DNA from: Gemmatimonadota bacterium
GTDB lineage: Bacteria; Latescibacterota; UBA2968; UBA8231
Reading direction: 5' to 3'
NCBI GenBank assembly: GCA_038128265.1
Contig: JAYPJE010000026.1
Location: 1-56,894, forward strand
Length of the DNA: 56,894 bases
This document shows, piece after piece, positions 27,517-35,978 of this stretch (the stretch's first letter is position 1; each line of letters starts with the position of its first letter). The notes under the pieces were generated by a model. That model did no database searches. It was not told where the DNA came from and saw only the letters and a program-made list of their open reading frames with translations. The position numbers and the translations under genes are program-made.

Positions 27517-28493
27517 TACGCGTCGAACTCGTATACGAGCATCGCAGCGCCTGGGCGGCGTTGGCCCAGCGCTGGGGGGCGATATTTCTCGGCACTGTTT
27601 CGGCCTGTGCGCTGCTGTACCTGCTGCCCGTAAATCGCTGGCTGGAGGACCGTCGCGCCGCGCCGCTGCCGGCCGAGGAGGTGCCCGCTGCCGCTGCGCA
27701 AGCTGTCGACGAAATACGGCCCTACGAAGATGCGGTGCCTGCGCCCGTGCCCGAGTCGGCATCGCCCGTGCAAAGGGAACAGCCCGCCATCGACGTCGAG
27801 CCTGCAGCAGCGGTCGATAGCGATGCGGATGCGACTTCGATTGTGCTGCCTCCAATCGGGGAGTCTATACCGATTGGCGAAGTGTCATCGGTCGGCGAGG
27901 TCGAACCCGTAGCAGCGCCTTCCGTCACGGTCGCCTGTTTCTCTGCCGTAGCCGTCGCTTCCGCTATGCCCGCCGAGGGCAAATTGGGGCTACTCTCCTG
28001 TTTTGGCGATGGGCGCTACGAGCTATCTGGGACGGTCGAAAGCAGCCGTGCGCTCAGTGCCGTCGAGGCTTCGTTGGCGGACATACTGGAAGGCGCTGCG
28101 TTTTCGTCTGAGAAAACGGGTGACGGAGCGATCCACTTTTTTATTACTGGACAAAGTCCGCGCGATCGCGAAGTGGCGTTGGCCGCGCGCGCGCAGGCGC
28201 AGGCGCGCGCGTTTTTTGCCCGCGTCGAATATTGGGCTGACCTGTGCGGGATAGACGATATATCGCTAGGAGAGGTGAGCGCGCTGCCCGTAGATGAGCA
28301 GCGACTGCGCTGGCGCCGACGCCTAGTGGGCACGGGCTCCTATGGGCAGATTGATGCGCTGCTTGCGCGCATGGCGACGGCCGGGGAAACGGCCGGATTG
28401 GCCGAGTTGATTCTAACGCCGGTCAGCGGCGCTGGTGGGCGCGATCGCGCCGTGCGTCTCTCAGGCGCCATAGACGTAGTCGTCCACCGATGA
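27513..28493 (+). CDS. Bitopic membrane protein, PilN/PilO-like
   Basis: MIRVEL start, single TM, Pro/Ala linker and GSYGQIDALL motif. Overlaps the pilM-like stop codon. Confidence 0.5.
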   Translation: MIRVELVYEHRSAWAALAQRWGAIFLGTVSACALLYLLPVNRWLEDRRAAPLPAEEVPAAAAQAVDEIRPYEDAVPAPVPESASPVQREQPAIDVEPAAAVDSDADATSIVLPPIGESIPIGEVSSVGEVEPVAAPSVTVACFSAVAVASAMPAEGKLGLLSCFGDGRYELSGTVESSRALSAVEASLADILEGAAFSSEKTGDGAIHFFITGQSPRDREVALAARAQAQARAFFARVEYWADLCGIDDISLGEVSALPVDEQRLRWRRRLVGTGSYGQIDALLARMATAGETAGLAELILTPVSGAGGRDRAVRLSGAIDVVVHR

Positions 28494-28499
28494 GGAGAA

Positions 28500-29000
28500 A
28501 TGCCGCCGATGAACGCAGCGATCTATCCGGGTAGCTTTGACCCGATAACCAACGGTCACCTCAATATTATCGAGCGCGCGCTCGATATATTCGACCAGGT
28601 CACCGTCCTTATTTCGATCAATCCGCAAAAGACGTCGCTTTTTTCCCTGCCTGAGAGCATAGAGATGATCTCTGAGGTGACGAGCCACTGGCCGCAGGTC
28701 TCCGTCGACTACAACGATGGTCTCACCGTCGAGTACGCGCGCCGCCACGGAATTGGCACGGCGGTGCGCGGACTGCGCGCCGTAACCGATTTTGAGCACG
28801 AGTTTTCCATGGCGCTGACCAACCGTTCGCTGTGGCCCGACTTCGACACAGTGTTTTTGATGACGCGCGTCGACTACATGTATCTCAGCTCGTCGGTGGT
28901 GCGGCAAGTGGCGCAGCTGGGCGGTGATGTGAGCCAGTTTGTGCCGCCGCCGATCGAGCGGCGACTCAAAGAGAAATTTGCCCTGCCCGATGGGCGGTGA
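28500..29000 (+). CDS. coaD: Phosphopantetheine adenylyltransferase
   Basis: AIYPGSFDPITNGH, VRGLRAVTDFEHE and LSSSVVRQVA motifs. Confidence 0.97.
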   Translation: MPPMNAAIYPGSFDPITNGHLNIIERALDIFDQVTVLISINPQKTSLFSLPESIEMISEVTSHWPQVSVDYNDGLTVEYARRHGIGTAVRGLRAVTDFEHEFSMALTNRSLWPDFDTVFLMTRVDYMYLSSSVVRQVAQLGGDVSQFVPPPIERRLKEKFALPDGR

Positions 29001-30060
29001 CGTCGCCGAACAGCGCGCCTGCTTGGCGCTGGCGCACGCGCCAGGCATCGGACCGGTCGCTCTGCGTCGTTTAATCGATTGCTTTGGCTCGGCATCGGCG
29101 GCTTTGAGCGCTTCGCTCTCGGAGTGGGAAGCAGCGATTGGTCCGTCGGTCAAACCGCCGCAGTCTACGGCGTTTGTGTGGGCTGATGCGCAGCTGGAGC
29201 GCGTCAGCGCGCTGTGCGGTGACGCGTTTTGTCTAGGTGGAGAAACCTACCCCTATGCGCTATCGCAAATTCACGACCCGCCTCCGGTGCTGTTCTGTCT
29301 GGGCAAGGCCGAGTGGGAGCGGCCGGCGATAGGAATTGTCGGCACGCGTCACCCATCGCCCTACGGCGAACAGGTGGCTCGCGAACTGGCCTTTGGCTTG
29401 GCGCGCGCCGGCGTGTGCGTGTTGAGCGGATTGGCGCTGGGCATTGACGCGGCGGCACACCGCGGGGCGCTGGAAGCGGGCGGCGCAACAGTCGCCGTGA
29501 TGGGCAGCGGTGTCGATACCGTCTATCCCCGTTCGCACGCGGCGCTCTATCGGCATATCGTCGAAAAGGGCGCCGTCGTTTCGGAGCAGCCGATGGGAGC
29601 ACAGCCGGACAGGGGATCGTTTCCGCGGCGCAACCGCATTATTAGCGGGCTGGCGCGCGGCGTGGTCGTCGTCGAAGCGGCGGCGCGCAGCGGCGCGCTG
29701 ATCACCGCGCGCTGTGCCGCCGAACAGGGGCGCGAGGTCTTTGCCGTACCCGGCGAGATTTTTCGCGCCAGCAGTGCCGGCTGCCATGCACTGCTCAAAG
29801 ACGGTGCGAAGTTGGTCGAATGCGTCGACGATATACTCGACGAGCTGAATCCGTGGCGGGTTGAGACGCCGGCTCCATCGCCGGCTCCATCTGGGCTGGC
29901 CGGTCAGGTCTACGCGCTGCTCGGCGCGCGGCCCCTGCACATAGACCAACTGGCCAGCGGCGCACTCTCTTCTGCACAGATAGCGGCGGCGCTATTGGAG
30001 CTCGAACTCGATGGATGGGTGGCTCAATACGAGGGCCAGCGCTTTGCGCGCCGCGCCTGA
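28990..30060 (+). CDS. dprA: DNA-processing protein DprA
   Basis: GIGP, DPPPVL, IVGTR, SGLALGID, FPRRNRIISG, SGALITA and GREVFAVPG motifs, plus a C-terminal wHTH. Confidence 0.96.
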   Translation: MGGDVAEQRACLALAHAPGIGPVALRRLIDCFGSASAALSASLSEWEAAIGPSVKPPQSTAFVWADAQLERVSALCGDAFCLGGETYPYALSQIHDPPPVLFCLGKAEWERPAIGIVGTRHPSPYGEQVARELAFGLARAGVCVLSGLALGIDAAAHRGALEAGGATVAVMGSGVDTVYPRSHAALYRHIVEKGAVVSEQPMGAQPDRGSFPRRNRIISGLARGVVVVEAAARSGALITARCAAEQGREVFAVPGEIFRASSAGCHALLKDGAKLVECVDDILDELNPWRVETPAPSPAPSGLAGQVYALLGARPLHIDQLASGALSSAQIAAALLELELDGWVAQYEGQRFARRA

Positions 30061-30067
30061 GGGGTGT

Positions 30068-30229
30068 TCAGCTGTCTTCTATTTGGAGCAGGGGTTCCGT
30101 CGCGCAGGAAGTCTCGCTGCGGCACGAACGGCCCTTGCGCTGCGCTCGCAGCGGTTTGAGCCAGTGCCCCAGTGCGTAGAGTGCGGCGGCAGTCGCTAGG
30201 GCTAGCGCCAGCGGCGTTTGCCAGTCCAT
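30068..30229 (-). CDS. Small FeoB-associated membrane protein (53 aa, below the ORF-track cut-off)
   Basis: MDWQTPLALALATAAALYALGHWLKPLRAQRKGRSCRSETSCATEPLLQIEDS. ATG lies 1 nt after the feoB stop with GGAGG upstream; one TM followed by a Cys pair. Confidence 0.7.
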   Translation of the reverse strand: MDWQTPLALALATAAALYALGHWLKPLRAQRKGRSCRSETSCATEPLLQIEDS

Positions 30230-30230
30230 G

Positions 30231-32423
30231 TTAGCCTCCCCAGCCGAGTGCGGTGCCGATCTGGTAGGTCAATAGCGCGCCGATATAGGCCAATCCCGTC
30301 ATATAGAAAAACGAGAATGCAGCCCATCCCCACGAACCGGTTTCGCGTTGAATGGTTGCCAGGGTCGACAGACACTGTGCGCATAGGGCGAAAAATACCA
30401 TGATGGACAGCGCCACGGGCAGGTTAAAGACGCGGCGTCCGTCGGGCCAGGTCGCTCCGCGTATGGCCGCGTGCAGTGCGTCTGACTCCTCGTCCTGTTC
30501 GCCCCCCAAACTGTAGATGGTGCCGAGCGCGGAGATCACGACTTCGCGCGCGGGGAAGGAGGCGACGACGGCCATGCCGATGCGCCAGTCCCATCCCAAA
30601 GGCTGCACGAGGGGCTCGATCAGGCGACCCGCTCGGCCCAGGTAACTGGACTCGAGCAGGGCGGCGGCTTGCCGTGCGTCAAATTGTTCGAGCTGCGCTT
30701 CGCTTTCGGCTGCCGTGAGCGTTTGGCGCTCGCGCTCAAAGCGCTCGATTATGTGCTCGTCGCGTGGAAAATAGGCCAGCGCCCACATGACAATGGTCGT
30801 CGCCAATATGATGCTGCCGGCGCGGACGACAAAGGCGCGGCCGCTGTGATAGACGCGCAGAAAAACCGTGCGTGGTTCGGGCCATTTGTAGGACGGCAGC
30901 TCTAAGAGGAAGGGAGCGGGCTGGCCCTTGAGCAGCGTGCGCTTCAACAGAAAGGCTATGGGTATGGCCGTGGCGATGCCAAGCACGTAAAAGGCCAGCA
31001 GCGCCAAGCCCTGTAGGTTGATCAAGCCCATGGCCCAGGTGCGCTCGGGCACGAAGGCGGCAATAAAGAGAATGTAAACGGGCAGGCGCGCCGAACAGCT
31101 CATAAGGGGCACGACCATGATGGTGACGAGGCGGTCGCGTCGGTCTTCAATGGTGCGCGTGGCCATAATCCCCGGCACGGCGCAGGCAAAGCTGGACAGG
31201 AGAGGTATAAAGGACTTGCCCGATAGGCCGCACCGGCTAAGCGCGCGATCCATGAGCATCGCTGCGCGCGCCATATAGCCGCAGTCCTCCAGAATGGCTA
31301 TGAAGAAGAAGAGAATGGCAATCTGCGGCAGAAAGATCAGCACGCCGCCGACGCCGGCGATGATGCCGTCGACGACCAGGCTCTGCAGCGGGCCTTCGGG
31401 CATGGTTTGGCCAACCCAGTCACCCGTCTGGGCGAACAATGCGTCGATCAGGTCCATCAGCGGTCCGGACCACGAGTAGATCGCCTGAAAAACGATGGCG
31501 TTGAGCAGAGCAAAGAGCGCGATGCCAGATACGCGATGGGTCAGCACGCTATCGATGCGGTCGGAAGGCGTGCTGTGCAGTTCCCGCGTCTGTTGCAAGG
31601 TGCCATCGAGCAACTCGTCGATCCACTGGTAGCGCGCTTGGCTTTCCACATCCGCCGGATCGGCACCCCCAAAGGCCTGCTGGCGCACAGTGCGCAATTC
31701 ATTGGTAGCAGCCGGCGATGGGGCGTGCAGGCGCGCTTCCATAGGTGAGTCCGCGTCGACAAGGGCGCGCAGCGCTTCGAGCTCGCTAAGCGGTCGGTCG
31801 GCCGTAGAGAAGCGTTCCCGCACGGTGCGCACGCCCTCGCTGACGGCTGTGGGCAGTGAAGGTTTGTTTTGGGTGATGGACGATGAGGGGGTGTCCAGTG
31901 CTGCTCGCAGCGCGCTGCGCAGCGCGTCGAGTCCCTGCCGGCGGTGGGCACATATCGATACGACGGGCAGGCCGAGCTGCTGACTGAGCTGTTCGACGTC
32001 GATGCGAATGGCACGCGCTGCGGCAATGTCGACCATATTGAGCGCGACGACAATGGGCCGTTCGCTTTCCACCAGCTGTGAAAGCAGATACAGGTTGCGC
32101 CGCACGTTGGCAGCATCGACGATGCATAGGATGGCGCTAATTGAATCGACGTGGTTCTGGTGTCCGATGAGCGCGTCAACGACGATCATCTCGTCCGGTG
32201 AATGGGCCGATAGGCTATAGGTGCCGGGTAAATCGACTACGTCGACCCTCAGACCATCGTCAAATGCGAGGGAGCCGACCTTGCGCTCGACGGTCACACC
32301 TGGATAATTGCCCACGTGTTGGGACAGTCCCGTAAGCGCGTTAAAGAGCGTTGTCTTGCCGGTATTGGGATTGCCGATTAGCGCAATGGTAGGAGGTGCA
32401 GCACCTATGGGAGAATCTGGCAC
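30231..32423 (-). CDS. feoB: Ferrous iron transporter FeoB
   Basis: GNPNTGKT, VGNYPGVTVE, DLPGTYSL and NMVD GTPase motifs; LEDCGYMARAA, MSCSARLPVY and ELPSY membrane motifs. GTG 32423 chosen as start. Confidence 0.97.
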   Translation of the reverse strand: MPDSPIGAAPPTIALIGNPNTGKTTLFNALTGLSQHVGNYPGVTVERKVGSLAFDDGLRVDVVDLPGTYSLSAHSPDEMIVVDALIGHQNHVDSISAILCIVDAANVRRNLYLLSQLVESERPIVVALNMVDIAAARAIRIDVEQLSQQLGLPVVSICAHRRQGLDALRSALRAALDTPSSSITQNKPSLPTAVSEGVRTVRERFSTADRPLSELEALRALVDADSPMEARLHAPSPAATNELRTVRQQAFGGADPADVESQARYQWIDELLDGTLQQTRELHSTPSDRIDSVLTHRVSGIALFALLNAIVFQAIYSWSGPLMDLIDALFAQTGDWVGQTMPEGPLQSLVVDGIIAGVGGVLIFLPQIAILFFFIAILEDCGYMARAAMLMDRALSRCGLSGKSFIPLLSSFACAVPGIMATRTIEDRRDRLVTIMVVPLMSCSARLPVYILFIAAFVPERTWAMGLINLQGLALLAFYVLGIATAIPIAFLLKRTLLKGQPAPFLLELPSYKWPEPRTVFLRVYHSGRAFVVRAGSIILATTIVMWALAYFPRDEHIIERFERERQTLTAAESEAQLEQFDARQAAALLESSYLGRAGRLIEPLVQPLGWDWRIGMAVVASFPAREVVISALGTIYSLGGEQDEESDALHAAIRGATWPDGRRVFNLPVALSIMVFFALCAQCLSTLATIQRETGSWGWAAFSFFYMTGLAYIGALLTYQIGTALGWGG

Positions 32424-32437
32424 GACGCGCGCGCCAA

Positions 32438-32734
32438 TTAGGCCACAGGCGCTGTCGCCGGAGAGGGCGCCTGGGCAGCATCGCTGCACACGCGAATGGC
32501 TTCAGCATCGCAGTGGCGTAGGGCCAGGCGCGTTTCGCCTATTTGAACCACGACGGAAGAGCCGGCGCGCAGCAGGCGCACGCGCACTCCTGGGAGCAGG
32601 CCAAACTCGCGCAAACGGGCAGAAAACCGCCCTGTTCCCGCGACTTCGGCGACGGTACCTTGACTGCCTACGGGATAGTGACTCAGAGGCGATGCGAGAT
32701 GGGATGCTTGGGCATCCTGAATGGCTGCATGCAT
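32438..32734 (-). CDS. feoA: Ferrous iron transport protein FeoA
   Basis: RLREFGLLPGVRV...VQIGETRLALR...AEAIRV. Directly upstream of feoB. Confidence 0.9.
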   Translation of the reverse strand: MHAAIQDAQASHLASPLSHYPVGSQGTVAEVAGTGRFSARLREFGLLPGVRVRLLRAGSSVVVQIGETRLALRHCDAEAIRVCSDAAQAPSPATAPVA

Positions 32735-32809
32735 GGGAGCGACACTTTCGTTAGTAAAGACGAACGCAAGGTTAAACCGCAAAATAACTGTTTGGGAGTG
32801 CCATTTTAT

Positions 32810-32946
32810 GTTTGGCATACCAAACTCTTTGGTGAAATATAAAAAATAGCAATGCGAAGTCAATGCAATTTTCGCATGTGAAAAAATAATTTGACACTTA
32901 GGGCAGTTCAGATTAGCTTCCTAATCAAGTGTTCTGCATATAAAAC
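32810..32946. promoter_or_regulatory. Divergent promoter region with three related 16-bp palindromic operator-like boxes
   Basis: GTTTGGCATACCAAAC (32810), TTTTCGCATGTGAAAA (32869) and GTTCTGCATATAAAAC (32931). TTGACA-17-TAGCTT on + at 32891; TTGACT-16-TATATT on - from 32863. Confidence 0.6.
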
Positions 32947-32995
32947 ACTTGCACTATATGCCGATCTTTCGTTTATCTTAACTGCCGTTGTGGCG

Positions 32996-34084
32996 ATGAA
33001 AAAAGTGGCGATGAAAAAAAATCTCTTTTTTGTTTTACCCTTCTGCATCTGCGCACTGCTGCCGCACGAGGCTGTGGGGCAAGAGATGGGAGGACATCAG
33101 TACGACAAGCCCTATATAAATGACGGCGGTGGCGGCGCATTGCTGGGTGGCTATATCGATCACGAACTGCTGTGGAATCGAGAAAAGAAGACGTTCGATC
33201 AGCATCGCTTTATTCCATTCATTCACGCCGAGGTAAACGAGCGCATTCACGTGCTGGCCGAACTCGAATTTGAGCACGGTGGAGTGGTCAAGGGAAGCGG
33301 CGAGAGCGACGGTGAAATAAAGATCGAATTTGCAGCGCTCGATATCGCCTTCTCCGAAGCGCTGACCTATCGGGCGGGTATTATACTAGCGCCGCTGGGC
33401 GGTTTTAACCTCAACCACGACAGCCCGCTCAACGATCTGACCAACAGGCCACTGGTGGCGCGAGAAATCGTGCCGACCACGCTTAGCGAGTCAGGCATGG
33501 GACTTTTCGGTACCCTCTATCCGGGCGAAGTCGCCGTGCTCGATTACGAACTCTACGTGGTCAATGGCTTCAATGGCAATGCGGCGACTAGTCTGCGCGC
33601 TGGGCGCGGCAGCCTGAAGTCGGACAACAACGAGCAGAAATCGCTGACCGGTCGCGTCGGCTACAGTCCATTTCTCGGTTTGCAGATGGGCGGATCCTTT
33701 CACGTGGGAGCCTATGATGATGCGGGCAGTCGGCGGCTGGGTATATACGCGTTGGACGCCGTATACAGCCGCGGTCCATTTGAAGCGCGCGGCGAGTATG
33801 CCACTGCCTCTGTAGACGGCGCCGAGTTCGACGTGCGCTCCGGTTATTATGCCCAGGTCGGCTATCACTTTTTGCCCGGTGCGCTGGAGGCGTTTCCCAA
33901 CTCCATATGCACGGCCTCGCTGCGCTACGATGCAATTGACCTGGGCTCGCGCGACGAAACGCGCATAACGTTTGGTTTCAACTGGCGTCCGATAGAAGAA
34001 ACCGTACTAAAAATCGACTATGAAACCTATGAGCAAGATGGGGATAAGAGTGGCCTGCTGCTGTCGGTGGCGTCGTACTTTTAG
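32996..34084 (+). CDS. Outer-membrane porin-like beta-barrel
   Basis: Signal peptide, amphipathic strands, ELEFEHG motif and C-terminal YF. Start is 32996 or 33011. Confidence 0.8.
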   Translation: MKKVAMKKNLFFVLPFCICALLPHEAVGQEMGGHQYDKPYINDGGGGALLGGYIDHELLWNREKKTFDQHRFIPFIHAEVNERIHVLAELEFEHGGVVKGSGESDGEIKIEFAALDIAFSEALTYRAGIILAPLGGFNLNHDSPLNDLTNRPLVAREIVPTTLSESGMGLFGTLYPGEVAVLDYELYVVNGFNGNAATSLRAGRGSLKSDNNEQKSLTGRVGYSPFLGLQMGGSFHVGAYDDAGSRRLGIYALDAVYSRGPFEARGEYATASVDGAEFDVRSGYYAQVGYHFLPGALEAFPNSICTASLRYDAIDLGSRDETRITFGFNWRPIEETVLKIDYETYEQDGDKSGLLLSVASYF

Positions 34085-34088
34085 GCCT

Positions 34089-34652
34089 ATGGCCGCTGCC
34101 GCGGTGCTCGCCCTGGGCGCCGCCTCGTTGGCCGGAGCCGATGCCATCGGCTCCGTGCAGGTCTATATGCAGCCGGACGAGGGGCGCGCGCGCCTATTTC
34201 CCGGCGCCGTGCACTTTGAGTCGGCTGTGCACCACCTCAGCGCGCCGGCCAAGGCCGAGCTGGTTGAGGCCCTGGGGCGCTCCTTCACCGAAGATAGCCT
34301 GCGCGTAGATACGGCCTACGACGAAGATGGTGCGCTGTTGGGGTATGCGATCGTATCGGAGGAGATTGGCAAGTTTCGCCCTATAACATTTATCGTTGGC
34401 ATTGATCCGCAGTTTGCCGTGCAGGGAGCCGCAGTGCTAGTCTATCGCGAAAGCCGCGGGGGGCAGGTGCGCCAGCCGCGTTTTCTGCGCCAATACGTTG
34501 GGAAAGATCGCAGCGACCCCATTCGCATCAACCGCGACATTGTCAATATTAGCGGAGCGACGCTGTCGGTGCGCGCACTCAACTTTGGCGTGCGCAAAGT
34601 GCTGGCGCTTACCGAGCACTTTTACGGCGCTGCGCAGAGTGCCATGCACTGA
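34089..34652 (+). CDS. FMN-binding domain protein (RnfG/NqrC-like, flavinylation motif)
   Basis: Signal-like N-terminus, YRESRGGQV, FLRQYVGK and DIVNISGATLS ([S/T]GA[S/T] motif). Confidence 0.85.
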   Translation: MAAAAVLALGAASLAGADAIGSVQVYMQPDEGRARLFPGAVHFESAVHHLSAPAKAELVEALGRSFTEDSLRVDTAYDEDGALLGYAIVSEEIGKFRPITFIVGIDPQFAVQGAAVLVYRESRGGQVRQPRFLRQYVGKDRSDPIRINRDIVNISGATLSVRALNFGVRKVLALTEHFYGAAQSAMH

Positions 34653-35149
34653 TGCGCTACTTCGGCAACCGCTCACAGCTGGCGCGCATGGATTTTCACA
34701 CGCGCCTGATCATGACCTACTTTCTGGTCTTTATGCTGGTGGCTGCGGGGCTGTCCATCTACATGTCACATGAGAAGACTGGACTGAGCGCGAGCGGCGC
34801 GGCCGCCTACTATCTGGGCGATGAGGAGCAGATGCTCTTTGCCAAAGAGCAGGCCGAACTAGTAGAAACGGCGCACTTCCACCTATTTATCATGCCGATG
34901 GTTTTCCTTACAACGGGGCATTTATTTCTCCTCAGCGCCTGGTCGGCGCGCTGGAAGACCTTTGTCATCAGTTCGTGCTTTGTCTATATCGCATTGGAAA
35001 TTGCCGAGCCGTGGCTGGTGCGCTACGTCGGAGCAGGATGGGGTGTGTTGGCGCCGATCAACTCAGCGCTGCTCGGCCTGACGATGCTGCTGTGCATCGT
35101 CGTGCCCATCTACGAGATGTGGTTTCTGAAATCTCAGCGTCGCGGCTGA
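34652..35149 (+). CDS. 4-TM membrane protein with conserved-looking His residues
   Basis: ETAHFHLF and TGHLF within hydrophobic helices. Translationally coupled to the upstream gene (TGATG). Confidence 0.75.
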   Translation: MRYFGNRSQLARMDFHTRLIMTYFLVFMLVAAGLSIYMSHEKTGLSASGAAAYYLGDEEQMLFAKEQAELVETAHFHLFIMPMVFLTTGHLFLLSAWSARWKTFVISSCFVYIALEIAEPWLVRYVGAGWGVLAPINSALLGLTMLLCIVVPIYEMWFLKSQRRG

Positions 35150-35168
35150 ACTGCCCGAAGGCCTAGCG

Positions 35169-35915
35169 CTAGGCGCGCGATTCGGCAAATGTTTCGTAGG
35201 GCGCGGGATAGGGTACTTCCACCACAAAGAGGTCTGCGGGATGGCGTGCTTCGACGCGGGGATGCGTCTCGTCGGTGAGCACGGCAAAGTCGTGGCGCTC
35301 CAGCGCCTGGTCGCCGAGTGCGATGGCGCCGTCAATTAGCAATACGGCGGCTTTGTAACCTAAAGTGAGAGGCAGTTCGTGTGCGCCGGGTTGAAACTGC
35401 ACGCGGCGGATGCGGGTCGGAGTATCCATGCGAAGCGGCGAGCCGTAGCCTACCAGCGTTTGGGTGCGAATGCCGAGTCCTTCTGATACGGCAAAGGACG
35501 AAGCGCGAAAATCGTCGTAGCTTGGTTCGACGCTGAGGCTCTGCTTTAAGTTGGGGTCAAACCAGATTTGGAAAATGCGTCCCCCCGCCTTTATTTTCTC
35601 CGCGTGACGTATGCCGCTGCCCGCGCGGATAATCTGCACATCCCCCGCTTCCAATGCGATCCATCCCTTTGTCGCGTCGTCGTAGTGCTCGATGGAGCCA
35701 TCGAGAACAAAGGTGCAAATTTCAAAACCGCGGTGCGGGTGTTCGGCAATGGTGCCGCCGTGTAGGCTCCAGGCGTGCGCCCAGTAAAAGAGCGTTGAGA
35801 TCGGGCGTAGAACGGGCTGTTCGCTGGGAAAAGCAATGGGTTTGCGCTCCTGAATAAGCCCATTGTCAAAAGATCCCCTGTTCTGGTCGCTGCTCCTTAG
35901 TACGCTAATAGACAT
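35169..35915 (-). CDS. Pirin-family protein
   Basis: HPHRGFEI, EHYD, GDVQIIRAGSGIRHAE and FQIW motifs. Confidence 0.9.
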   Translation of the reverse strand: MSISVLRSSDQNRGSFDNGLIQERKPIAFPSEQPVLRPISTLFYWAHAWSLHGGTIAEHPHRGFEICTFVLDGSIEHYDDATKGWIALEAGDVQIIRAGSGIRHAEKIKAGGRIFQIWFDPNLKQSLSVEPSYDDFRASSFAVSEGLGIRTQTLVGYGSPLRMDTPTRIRRVQFQPGAHELPLTLGYKAAVLLIDGAIALGDQALERHDFAVLTDETHPRVEARHPADLFVVEVPYPAPYETFAESRA

Positions 35916-35978
35916 AGCTGTCCCCAATATGCCGTATAACGGTAAACTATTTACGCGATGGGCGAAAGAGAATGGACG

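Noticed and set aside
29868..29892. 12-bp tandem repeat in dprA
   Set aside because: It encodes a PAPS-PAPS linker in frame, which is ordinary low-complexity sequence.
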